Source of the DNA: Tubiluchus corallicola
Taxonomy: Eukaryota > Animalia > Priapulida
DNA: 47,302 nucleotides
Direction: 5' to 3'
Assembly: GCA_030141605.1 (NCBI GenBank)
Contig: JAQGDQ010001322.1
Location: 1-47,302, forward strand
The notes beneath the pieces were generated by a model that made no database searches, was not told where the DNA came from, and saw nothing but the letters and a program-made list of their open reading frames with translations. Both the position numbers and the translations under genes were made by a program. Shown piece by piece: positions 11,715-25,000 of the stretch. The stretch's first letter is position 1. Each line of letters starts with the position of its first letter.

Positions 11715-12028
11715 ATGACATGTTTAATAGCGACACGTGTGCTGGTAACACTGGAGATTTGTATACGTGGGGTGTAGTCGACGGCACGGATGTGACGGGC
11801 GTTAGTGCTGAAGTAATGACGTCGAATTGTCCAGATGGCGACACAACGGAAACGATAACGGTAACAGTGTGCACTCTGACGGAGGATCAACTCAACACGC
11901 TGCTGGATTTTATTGTAGACAACGCGCAGCAAACTTCTTCTCTTCTTTGTACAGTGTTCGACATTTTCGAGCAAATTTATGACTGGATTTTTAAAACTTT
12001 TGGACATTTTAAATCACGTCACTATTAG
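11715..12028 (+). CDS. Pentraxin-domain protein terminal exon, right-arm copy
   Basis: Phase-1 acceptor joins 9609 in frame (ATA G|AT GAC ATG). C....GDLYTW resembles the pentraxin C-terminal GN-phi-phi-x-W segment, followed by a ~60-aa tail. Confidence 0.8.
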
Positions 12029-12152
12029 AAGTTTCGAAACGTAGTCAAATAATGGTACTCAGAATAGGCTCCTAGAAGTTGTACTACACAATTCTTCAGC
12101 CTCGAACAGTTAAGGCGATCGATGATAATCATGAAAAGGTTAAATTGTGTTT

Positions 12153-12888
12153 TTATCATTTATCACTATTTTCCAAATCATTTTCACCATTTTTCAATAT
12201 TTTCCAAACCATTTTCACAATTTATAACTGTTTTCCAAAAAATTCGCACCATTTATCACTATTTTTCAAAGCATTTTCGTCATTTATCACTATTTTCCAA
12301 AGCATTTTCATCATTTATGACTATTTTCCAAAGCATTTTCATCCTTTATCACTATTTTCCAAAGCATTTTCATCCTTTATCACTATTTTCCAAAGTATTT
12401 TCATCATTTATCACTATTTTCCAAAGCATTTTCATCATTTATCACTATTTTCCGAAGCATTTTCATCATTTCACTATTTTCCAAAGCATTTTCACCATTT
12501 ATCACTATTTTCCCAAGCATTTCACCATTTATTACTATTTTCCAAAGCATTTCACCATTTATTACTATTTTCCAAAGCATTTCACCATTTTATCACTATT
12601 TTCCAAAGCATTTTCATCATTTATGACTATTTTCCAAAGCATTTTCATCCTTTATCACTATTTTCCAAAGTATTTTCATCATTTATCACTATTTTCCAAA
12701 GCATTTTCATCATTTATCACTATTTTCCGAAGCATTTTCATCATTTATCACTATTTTCCAAAGCATTTTCACCATTTATCACTATTTTCCAAAGCATTTC
12801 ACCATTTATTACTATTTTCCAAAGCATTTCACCATTTATTACTATTTTCCAAAGCATTTCACCATTTATCACTATTTTCCCAAGCATT
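12153..12888. repeat. ~30-31-bp minisatellite, mirror array
   Basis: Direct tandem units tcatttatcactattttccaaagcatttt. Confidence 0.95.
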
Positions 12889-13608
12889 TTTTCTGTTTTG
12901 TAGTGAGACAATGATACGTACGTAATTACTTGTTATATTATCTTGTTTCTTCATGTTTTTGCATTTGTAATGAAATTTCTGTTTTGTTAATAATCAGATA
13001 AAGCTAAATCTTTCACTTATCTCTGTGTTTTGGTTTTGAGCCATTGGGTCTTAGGTCATTGGGTCTTTGGATTTTGGGTTACTGGATCTTGCGTCATTGG
13101 GTTAATGGATCTTGGAACATTGGGTCTTGGGGCAGTAGGTTTTTCGGACTTTGGACATTGGATCTTGGGTCATTGGATCGTACTTAGGTCTTGCAGACAA
13201 CTCGCTGATTCTCAAATTTCAATAAACCGAAATATGTGAGAAATAACGAGCATCGTGTTAAATGAAACCATTAGTTTTGACTCAGTCTATTAGTAACAGT
13301 GATAACGTCATAAAGTAATACTAGTAATACTATGATTGATATGGATTTGATACACGCGAATTTAAACCATAATTTCAAGATTCATTTATTTAGCCAACTT
13401 ATAAAATTTCTACAAGCACAAATTTGTGCACTTCTGTAACAACTGAAGACTGTAACTCTATTATAATTACATGTATCAGACCTGTGTGATGGAGGCGACC
13501 CGAAAATGGCAAAACAGCCAAATAAGTTAAAGTCCGCCTCGAAAAGGAACAGAAATAGAAAAAAAGAGGGATGCATAAAAAACAGGAAAGGGAAGAAAGT
13601 TGGACTAT

Positions 13609-13653
<45 letters not shown>

Positions 13654-14426
13654 CGCTTATTCAGCAGGGCTGCTTACTCTGCAGTGGCTGCTTATTCAGC
13701 AGCTGTCCCTCTTCGCTCCCGAAACTCCTCTTTTTATAGGAGGCTTATCTGCTCTTCATCACGTGACATCTGTAAAGTTTGTGTACCTGGCGTCCTGGCA
13801 ACAGATTGCCAGCTATTGCCCAATGTATATTTTGTTGATAAGTGATTATTATAAAATTAATTTTACATAATAAATATATTCTAGAATTGTTTAAACACTT
13901 TACAGGTTTCATTTTAGTGTTATTGAAGATATAATGTAATTATTTAACATATTTAATTTAATTTTGGGGTATGTTGGTTTGTTGTCTCGCTCTGCATGTA
14001 AACAAAGATGGCGGCGTCCTGACGCTGTTCATGCAAGTAAATGTAATTATTAGATTCGCCGCTGATTCCATTCTTAGGGCGTTTATTAGCTAATTTACCG
14101 TTGTCAAAGGTAAGATAGCTATTCTTCCTCAGAACAGTCAAGGCGAGGGGAGGTGAGCAAGTGTAAAACACCACACTAGTAAGATTGATATCAAGCGATA
14201 GATTCATTGCACTTGTTCTGCTCTGTGCAATTTCTGCCTCCAAAGTGAGGTCATGTGACTTAACACGCTGGAATGAGGATAATCTAACCGAAAACAATTA
14301 TCACATCATCCGCAATTTCGGAACTTCTGTACGAATCCACAATTAACTATCCCAGCTACTTAAACGGGGGAATTTAAACCAAAGATCTGTAATGAAATCG
14401 GCCTCGCTCAAAATAACACTCTGTGT

Positions 14427-14461
<35 letters not shown>

Positions 14462-14677
14462 GATATATGTATATACACTCTCCCTAAATAAACGAAATAA
14501 TTTAAAATTGCAGTAAAAGAAATTTCCCTGAGTGAGATCCTCAAGCGGTCACCCAACCACATCATTACCACGCTTGATATTGCTCAACTTCGGTAGCCAA
14601 GTTGCTCGCTCTATTTTCGTTTTCTTCACTCGACACACCACCAAGTTTCACCTATATTGAAACAAAAGTGCGAAAGG

Positions 14678-14711
<34 letters not shown>

Positions 14712-14733
14712 CCGGTGTCTTCAACGTGATTTG

Positions 14734-14881
14734 AACCTGCAGCACCTGGTATTCCTTGTCGGTAACCCATCCAAGTACTAACCCCCCTCTTCGTTGCTTA
14801 ACTTCGGTGATCAGACGAGAACCCTTGTCATCAACCTGTTTTGAACAACCGGTATTTTCAACGCCGTAATTGTGTATAAGC
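14734..14881 (-). pseudogene. Near full-length 5S rRNA pseudogene or SINE3-like head with a ~27-nt insertion
   Basis: The minus strand reads ...gttgaaaataccggtt[gttcaaaacaggttgatgacaagggtt]ctcgtctgatcaccgaagttaagcaacgaagaggggggttagtacttggatgggttaccgacaaggaataccaggtgctgcaggtt. The box A (agttaagc) and box C (tggatgggtNaccg) regions are recognisable. Confidence 0.85.
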
Positions 14882-15144
14882 AGATGCGCGTGATATACAA
14901 GAATTGCAAACTTGCTACATAGGAACACGTAGTCATGCGTATAAATTGTCCTCAAATACCAGTAAAATCCACACTAAGTTTCGTTTATTAACAATCAGTA
15001 TGCAAATCAGTAACAACAGTATACAAACATGTTTAATATTAGCCTATATCGATTCGATTTTTTTTACTTTTTCAAGAACGGTAGTGAACGAGTTAAAAAA
15101 AGACAAAAATTCGGATTTCCGTGATGAGTAATCTAGCTTGTCGC

Positions 15145-15368
15145 CTAGAATTCACAAATATACGGAAATTTTGCTGTATCACACGAGAAGTCATTCCACG
15201 TGTTCCCATTTTCCCGCAAGATGGCGCAGCTTTCGCCATCGCCGTAATTATCTGGTTGGCCATCTGCTACATCCCAAGAAGTAAAAAGGGCAGGTCGACC
15301 TGTTGCAAACCACCTCCAGTCACCCTCCTCGTGTATGTCCATTAAACCAATCCAAAAATGCTCACCAG
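15145..15368 (-). CDS. C-type lectin terminal exon, mirror copy
   Basis: Same translation and splice acceptor as 1853..2076. Confidence 0.88.
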
Positions 15369-16489
15369 CTTTATTAAAAACAAAATATAATTAATATTAA
15401 ATTTGGTTATTTACCATTATATTTTCATATAATATAAGTTATTTAACTTTTATACATTCCACAGCAATTATAACGTACTTTACCACTCCCATGAAACACT
15501 AAAATAACAAATATTACCAGTGATTTTTTTCGAAATTTTTTTGCTCAAACAGTCTGCAGAAAAAACGTTCTGACGTCACCTGGTGGGACTCTCGAAGGGA
15601 GATATACAGCTCTTTAGAAAGAGGAAGAACAGGGCTATACGATGATGTGGTCTATATTAGGACACGTCCATCAAGAGCAGTGACGACGAGTTAATTAGAT
15701 GTTCTATTTTTGGCAATTTTCGCTTGAAAAACTGCTGACGCAAAGCCATTGTTGTGACGTCATCCAATATACTCTGCCTGTAACTTTAATTCAGTAAAAG
15801 CTTCTGGCTTTGCGTTAGATAAACAGACAAACACTAGGTAGAATGTTTGCGCATATTTGATTATGAGTGGATTTATACGCAAAATTTTTTTTGCGGGGCC
15901 TTTGCTAGTTCTATTATATTAATATTCTTGGTATATTTATATATATATATATATAAGATTCGAGGCTACAGCCCGGACGAGGGCACCATTTGCGGCGATC
16001 TATATATCAAAAGAAAGGTCTCGATCTAGTGTCGTGCCATTGATGGTTTATTTTTCGAATCGGGCCCACCGGAAGGAAGGGGGGGGGCGAAAAACCTCCA
16101 AAAATGCCCCTTTTTCGACCGTTTTTTGCAAAAAATTGCAAAAGTTATACGGCTGAGATGTAGAGAACGGGAACGGGCCGAGGGGGGTACTGGGTATGGA
16201 TAGATAGCCCGTTCAGCGATGGGTGTAGTAGGCATATTTAGAATTCGCATGATCAAATTTAACGAATTTTATAAAATTATCTCCTGAAATGATATTACTG
16301 AACTGTTAAAAATCGTTGAACAGTTTCTTCCTTTTATGCAAATAATATATTCAATGAAAAAAAACTGAAAATTTTTGATTGTTTGTGCATGCGAGCAATA
16401 AGGGGTTAAACCTGCCGAGATTTAAATGCATATTTTGCATTTGACGATTGCGTTTAGATGTAGCACGTTGCAAGCCTTGGACAAAGGTG

Positions 16490-17074
<585 letters not shown>

Positions 17075-18269
17075 ATATCGTAAAGGATGAAGTTTTTATA
17101 ACATTCAATTGCAAACAGTGGCGTGCAGTCCAGTCCATACATGCAACGCATACAGTGCGTGCCTTCTAATTATCAAAAAATAATTACGATGTACAAAGCA
17201 CTTGAAAGTATTTCTAATAATTAACTATTTTGCCGGTATTTATTAAAATTTTATGCTGGTATCGTATTATAATGTCGGGTAGGCTATAGGTTTTGCGAAA
17301 CCATTACTAAACGCAAGCGACACAGCTGTGTGCATTCACGGTATTTTCCAATGTGAAATCACACTCATTACGATTTCAGGCAGGGAACTTGAAGGCGTGG
17401 CTTCATTGTAAATTGTCCAATCACGATTAGCGGGCAGCATTGTTTTTTTCCCCGTGAAAAATGCTGCCGTGAATTCAGTTCGGGTTATCGCTTGTGATTT
17501 TTTCTATTTTTCGTTCTTTTTTGTTCACAACTGTGATTGTGTGAAAAGTTTTGTTCTTTTTTCTTTTCCCATGTTTTCTAACCATGAGGTTTGTTATCCA
17601 TTATTACTGGTGGTGTACTACATTTAAACTCCAGAACATCAAATGTTTAACATGCAGCAATTGTCGTTTTATCTGTAATAATAAATTACAGCAATAAGTT
17701 TTCAATGAAAAACATAAGTTTGATAAAGGTACATTACGAAATTAGCTAACTTGATTATCGTCTATAATTGTACAAAAAAAATGACAGCTAAATTGTTCTA
17801 ATAGCATAAAGTAGTTCAATAAACATAATTAGACACTTACATGTGGTCTCCCTGAGTTTTGGCACTTATAACTTGCAAGAAAAAACAATAAGAAATCAAC
17901 TACAACATTCACATCGTATGAATTGAATTGCATGTCAGGTAATGTCTACCTGGCCAACTACCTGGTCACATGACTGATGACAGTTAAAGGGGCAAGACCA
18001 CATTTAATAGGTAGGGAAACGTGTATGTGCTTAACAGGTGGTATTAATAATGTTTTATTAATAATTATTGAAATTGTTTTTAATTATACTATACATGTAT
18101 GACGCAAATAATGTGCCAACATTTTGACCACAAGAACGAAATTCGTTTGAACATTGCCACACCGACGTTACACACGATTTTGTATTAACAACGAAAATTT
18201 TTGTTCATTTCCTTAGGTTTTTCCAAAGATACAAAAGTTTTAAAGTTAAAAAATGTAAAAATTGTATGT

Positions 18270-18720
18270 AATACTGTATTGTGTCCACCGCTTTCACTGC
18301 AGACAAGATGAATGCGTTTCTTCGAACAGCTGCACAGTTTCTAACGTCTTTAAGGGGGATTTGGCTCCAGAACTCAATAACTTTTACCTTTAATTCCTCT
18401 GCATCAAACAGCCGTAATGCATTTTCTCTTTAAGGAAATTCCAAACACCATAATCCAGAGGACTAAATCCCGTTTTTCTGGATAACAAATCTTTTTCAAA
18501 GCCGTGTTACCGAACTACTTTATTTACCATGCTTTCTGACGCATTAATACATAACAAAGGCGATGTTCACGATGTAAATTGGCTGATATTTTATCGTTTT
18601 GCTCCACGTATCTAAGTAGTATAGCTTTGCATAGAAAGTTTTTCGGGACATTCTGTGAAACTGTCTTTTTCTTGCCTTTTAAATACGTTTTACTCGATAA
18701 CGTGCCATTCCTACACAACT
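18270..18720 (-). pseudogene. Degenerate Tc1/mariner-superfamily transposase remnant
   Basis: The minus strand gives RDLVPLDYGVWNFLKEKM, EELKVKVIEFWSQIPL and ESGGH in broken frames, matching the (S)PDLNPLDY..W..L and GGH C-terminal motifs. Related to 44567..44785. Confidence 0.7.
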
Positions 18721-19095
18721 TCTGTTAACATTTTCCAATTAGGTTTGTTGTGCAGTAAAAGTAAAGGTATGCCTATATTTGTTATTGTTTAATACAGGTG
18801 ATTACGCTAATTACGCAACACCTTCTTTGGCTCCGTAGGGCATATAACTAACCCACTTAATGCAAATTGTATCTCCTTCTCATTAGTTGTTACACACACA
18901 CACACACACACAAGTTATGCAAGGACAGCAATAAGTAGGGTAATTACATTAAATTCGTTCACGATGGCCGCTTGACCAAATTAAGCCTGTTTGACCACGA
19001 TTGTCTTAAGAATAAGCGACCAGGCCAATCTACACATTATCTTGTCATTAGTAAGTCTACTCTAAATCTAAAGAACTGTGAATTTGGTACGGAAA

Positions 19096-22000
19096 ATGAT
19101 GTGCTGTCGTGTTTATGTGACTAGTGTTTTCTATGTTATTGTGATCGGACTAATTTTTTTTCTTACCTATAACAAGCAGTTTTCACTATTATTTTATGAT
19201 AATCATGTTCGGATAGTCTCAGATGAGCGATGTGGTGCGCCCGGATTTATCGAATCTCACCAGTTTGTCACCGAATCCCAGTTGCAGTCTGTATCTGAAC
19301 AACTACTGCCTGCAACAATGAATAGAGCAGCCAGGTGTTCTTCTGTGAGTACATTTACATATTAAGCAAAAAAAAATCGTTTGACAATTTTATAATTGCT
19401 TAAGAACAACTCAGGCCCAACAATTAGGCCAACAGCCAATAGTGTCGTTCGCTCGTCACAACATGTCGACTGTTCCTTTTCACGCGAGGTCCCGGAATTT
19501 GGTCAAGTGGTTGTACATATTCGAGGATCGACGTTGTTGGATGTTGGTTGATACCGGAACCTGGTAGAAGCAGCGGTAATACAAAGGAGATTTTGTTTAC
19601 AAAAAGAAAACTCTAATTTTTTTTGTTTTGTTTTCTACCAATCAACTAAGCAATTTGCTCAAGTACTGTAGGCGTGTTACGCAGGCGTGTAAACTGAACC
19701 TGTTACAATACATAGTAAATACCGCGGGTGTGACATTTGTACATAATTGAAGAAGTCACGTCACATCTCAACCTGTTACACAGGCGATTATTAATTAAAC
19801 TGAACCTGTTACAATAAATAGTAAATACCGCGGGTGTGACATTTGTACATAATTGAAGAAGTCACGTCACATCTCAACGTGTTACACAGGCGATGGTTAG
19901 TTAAACTGAACCTGTTACAATAAATAGTAAATACCGCGGGTGTGACATTTGTACATAATTGAAGAAGTCACGCCACATCTCAACATTTAAATCTTTGACA
20001 ATCAGGCTGTAACTTCCTCTTTCAATTTTTCGATGTAGCTACTTTTCATCCAAACTTTTAACATTTTCTTTTCCAATTTTTCTTTTTTTAATTGTTCAAT
20101 CGAAGCCAACAGACAACAAAGCATGTCTGCATATTGGCACCATAATTTGACTAACATCCCTTGATGAATAATTATTGCCAGAGTTTGACGGAGTAAAGTT
20201 TGATGTCGTCTAAACACGTGTCAATTCTTAAATTGACAATTTTTGTTTGAAAGTTTAAAAACTGGTCGTGTAAACGGACAAAGCTGGACAATTTTAGTTA
20301 CATATGTCCGCGCTCTCTCATAGATTTTAGTTAATTACAGATTTTGCAACATTTAGTTGCGCAGTTGAAAGTTGCATGTCTGCGCGGTGTATTTTAATAG
20401 CTTAGAAGCTTAAAATAATCGATGACACAAAAAACAGTGTCGCTTCTGCACTTTTGCCCATAGCTTGAAAGCTTGCAGCAAGATCAGATGTGTTTTTTCT
20501 TCGACTACGTCCGAAACGAAATTATTATTATTATCCACAGCACACCAACCCACACCCATCACATCACCCAAACCCATAATTATTATTATTATTATTATTA
20601 TTATCGCCATAGTTGATTGTATGGCATTAATGGCGTTGTGATGGGAGTGATATGAGAACATCATTCACACATTCCGATATCTAACGCCAAATTTGCGCAG
20701 TTTTTCATTGAGAGTCAGTGCTGCCTGTTTAGGTCCCATTTTAGACTTCTAAAATGTCTTAAATACGGGAAAATGCATCAGTGGCCGAAACCTCACACCC
20801 CACTGGGGGGGGGGGGCTCCCACAGACCTAGAAATTTGTAGGTAAAACGGGCTTTGTACGGAGGGTGGGCAAGAATGCTTATACACGCTTTCACCATTCT
20901 ATGCAAAACCTTTGACAGTCCTACTGTATAGTAGCATAACCGATGTACAAACCCTATAGGCTACAGCGAACGAAATTTGTAGCAAAAGCGATAATCTGTT
21001 ACAATTTTGTTTGTAATATATTTTAGGCTGGAATTCCATATCTGGAAAACTACAAGAATCCGTGTTTTTATAAGGAATTAAAGAATAAAACAGGTAATGT
21101 AACTCTTAAATAAATCCAAGCTGTATTCTAACTCACATTTTTTTGTCTTTCAAGTTTGGAAACATATTAAGTATTTGTGTATTTGTGGGACGGGGCGTAC
21201 GAGGCGGGGATCGGGGGGAGGGGTTTTTGGTTGCCCTCCCAGAGCAAATAAATTTTACTTTTTCGGGCAAAAAGTATTTATTTTCAAGGTAAATTATTGT
21301 ATAGTAAAATTTCGAAATTTAATATTGAACATTAAAAATGCTTAAAATAGACATGAAAACATTTGTAAGCTCGCTGGCTTTAAAGAATGCCAAACTAAAC
21401 TTACATTTTATTTTATTAAAAAATTTCTGCTAATTTGTGCTTGAAAAATGAAAATGTTCGCAAAGTTTAGTATTGCAAAACGTTTTTCACATTAAACATG
21501 TTTATTTTAACATTAAATTTACACATGCTTGCAACACTACAGCATTTAACAATGTCGTTGTATCTTTTGCAATAAGAATTCCGATAAGAAAGTGTTGTAA
21601 ATTGCGTTACTTCATAAAACGTCGGCCATTACACTCGGATTAATTGAAAAAAAGTCCCTTCCATCGTGGCGATGCACGTCAGGTGTTGTGAAAGTGGAGA
21701 GCCTCTATTCATCTAAATCTGGCCCTGACTAGGCCTATGAATGTTTTGTTTTTAGATACTTTAGTCAGCCTATATCGTATATAAATATATATATGTATCT
21801 GGCTGTTCACAAGGTATATATAGGCTATGGCAAGTTGGAAAACTTTCGGGGCAAATTCCTTCTGCCCCCTTGTGAGACTTCTTCCCGTACGCCTATGCTG
21901 AAATTGTGGGTTCGTAACATCATTGATTTCCTCCAAGTTAGACTGATTTCATTACCGGCTTAAACCAGTTCTGTTCCAAAAAATTATGTAAGTTTTCACT

Positions 22001-25000
22001 AAAGCGACAACAAGATCACTTTAAACATCTTTACAGAATAGTACATGTATTCGTTCAACAACAAAGACAACATTTATTTACCGTCGCTCAAAATTCCCTT
22101 ACAGACGTTTCGACTGTTTTAGGACAGACGCTCGAATGTCTGCCGTATTTTTACGTTGTCGGTTTTCAAAAATCAGGAACAACTACCTNNNNNNNNNNNN
22201 NNNNNNNNNNNNNNNNNNNNNNNNNNNNNNNNNNNNNNNNNNNTCAGTGGTGGGGGATTATTCGGTTCATGAAAGGTAAAGCGGTAAAATATGTTAAATT
22301 ACGTGTAGCAATAGTCTTTAGTTTAGACTTCATTTTACTGACACATCACTAACCATTCGGTGAATAAGACTATAGCCAATAAATCTGGATAGGCCCTCAG
22401 AGGTAGCCTTAATGATATTTAGCAACTCGCTTATTGGTTAACCCGGGTAAAAAGGTATGCCAAACAACGTCATTTCTATTCAATTCAATTCAATTTATTT
22501 ATCTCTTTATAGTGTTAAAATAAAACATGATTAATAAAAGAATCTCTAATAAGTTTTGAAGAATGGTTAAAATAATTATAGATAGATCTAGAACAAGAGA
22601 AAGGATAGCGAAAAGACTATAAAGTCATCTGCTATCCTTTACCGAATATAGATAAAAAGATTTTTTTAGACACTAGTGGGCATTAATGTTATCAGTTTAA
22701 TTCAGGAAACAATAGTAATTTTTAAAATTATGACATTTCTATATAATCCAGAGAAAAGAATATACATGTAGTTTAATTAGCGGGCAACAAAATAAGGTCA
22801 ATCTCGATGAAACTAAAAATTGCATTTAGATTTTATGTGAAATACAGGTGAAAATTGTTATGAAATGATAAAAACACTTTGGGTTAATAATGCTATTAAT
22901 CAACAACAGGAGTTAAATACATTTTGATTTGAGTTCAACTTCATTATTTCTAGGCTTATTGATTAAGAACAAATCTACTGACTTGGACAATAATACTAAA
23001 CTAGATCGAGACCTTTCGTTTGATGTATAGATCGCCGCAAATGGTGCCCTCGTCGAAGCTGTAGCCTCGAATCTTATATGTATATATATATATATATAAA
23101 TAAATAAATATATATATATATATATATACCAAGAATATTAATATAATAGATAATATAATTCTCAATATTATTCGTGTTCGTTATTCATGTTGAGTAACGA
23201 CAAAGGCTGTTGATGAATCTATATAAAAACTGAAGAACAGTTCTACAACATTTTTAATGCTTTCCGAGAAGTTTGATAGCAATCTGACCTGTGATATTTT
23301 AAAGCTAATATTTAATGAAATAAGTACCGCTTTGGCCTTTGGGCTGAAATATTCCGTGCCCATGCCTGTGCCGAATTTCAGGACTGGATATAAGCATGTT
23401 TAGTTAAGCATAGCGTTTAGGACCTCCGTTTGTTGATTAATCTTAAGATTGTTGTAGCCCCTGAATAGGCTTAGCTCATCCCGCTGTCTTGCAGTCACAG
23501 GTTTCTACTCCCTAGAAGCTAGGACATTACATTCTATGATATTACCATCCACATCCATTTCACCACCATTGAAATAATATATATATTATTTTAGCACAGT
23601 AAATAAGTATATATATATATATATATATACACTAATATTGATATTACTATTATTAATATATATATATATATACTGTCACTGCCACGGGAATCTATATATA
23701 ATAATAATAATAATCTTTATTTGCCATTAAAATACATTGATAATCACTGATAAAAACTTTACAGAGATGATCAATCAGTGTTAGTTAATAAAAACTTACA
23801 CTGCTAAAGGCAAATGCGTCAGTGCAATCTAAACGACTGTGCAGTAATGGAAAGTAACGACGAATAAAATTAAACATATTTACAACTATGCACAAAAAAT
23901 GAAAAAATTATGATTTAATTAATATGGCCGTGGATATATGTTGTCGTACTGGTGTGATGGTATTTCATATCTCGATCTATTACATAATCGAGCCTGAAAA
24001 CCTCGGGATTCGGGTGGTGCGTCGTGTTGTTTTATAAAATCATTTGCTGGCGTAATCTTTAACAGAATCTGTCCTTCATTAATCTCTAGCAAATGATTAA
24101 TGCTGGGAAACAGCCGAGACACCAGGAGCAGTATTGAAAAACGAAGAGGAATTGATATATATTGGCAGTGTTTCCGGAGAAGTGAGGAAACAAGATGAAG
24201 GAGAGGCCTGGTTTGCTTATTATGTAACTTACCCAAGAACAACCACTTAATCAATTTGTAGAGCTTTAGTTATTTAATATGGCAAATTTAATAATTCCAT
24301 GACTTAGCTCGTTATTTGACGTAGAGACAAGTTTAAAAGAACCATTGAATGTAACCAGTGTGCACGCGTATATTCTGCATTATATGAAAGGCTACATGCT
24401 AATTATACATTAAATAGTTGTTCTCGATGAAGCAGTATGAAAGAGTATATTTTTCAATTTTACAAAAAAAAAACTTGAGTAACTCTGTAGAAAATTTACA
24501 TGCATAGTGATGAACGTTTTATATTTCTACCTCCTTTCGGGTTATAAATACATTTTTGTGCTTATCTCTATGCTTAGACATTTCATACATTGCTCTCAAG
24601 CGGGGGGGGGTGAAAAGGGGCCTTCACTGCTGTTCACATTGTCATTGTTTAGTTATAACTTACAATTGATTCGCTACGACACTTTTTAGTGACCAGTCCA
24701 GTAAGTTTGGAGGGCAGTAACTGTTCTTGCTGTGTTCTAGGAGACGATTACTACAGCAGAATAAATTTAGAAAAAAAGTCGACATCTGCGTATTTTCGAG
24801 AAAGGCAGGATTTCTTCCAAGGTAGGTTTTGATGTTTTTAGAGTGACTATTCTTGGAAACGCTCATGGTATAGTCATTTATACATCAACGACAGCTCGTA
24901 CACATGTTGTTTTCCCTACGCACAAATATATTTATTTTTCTACATTCATCTTGCAAACGTCATTGCACAAGGGAAAATAGTTCATTTAGCCAAGCTAATT

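Noticed and set aside
12079-12925. 267-274 aa F/H/S-rich ORFs (also 4511..5044)
   Set aside because: Minisatellite translations; copy number differs between the arms.
19410-19560. Good minus-strand acceptor plus a short open frame (GSGINQHP...YWLLA*) in CHST15-like intron 1
   Set aside because: Considered as a missing lectin exon, but it has no CTLD features and ends in a stop.
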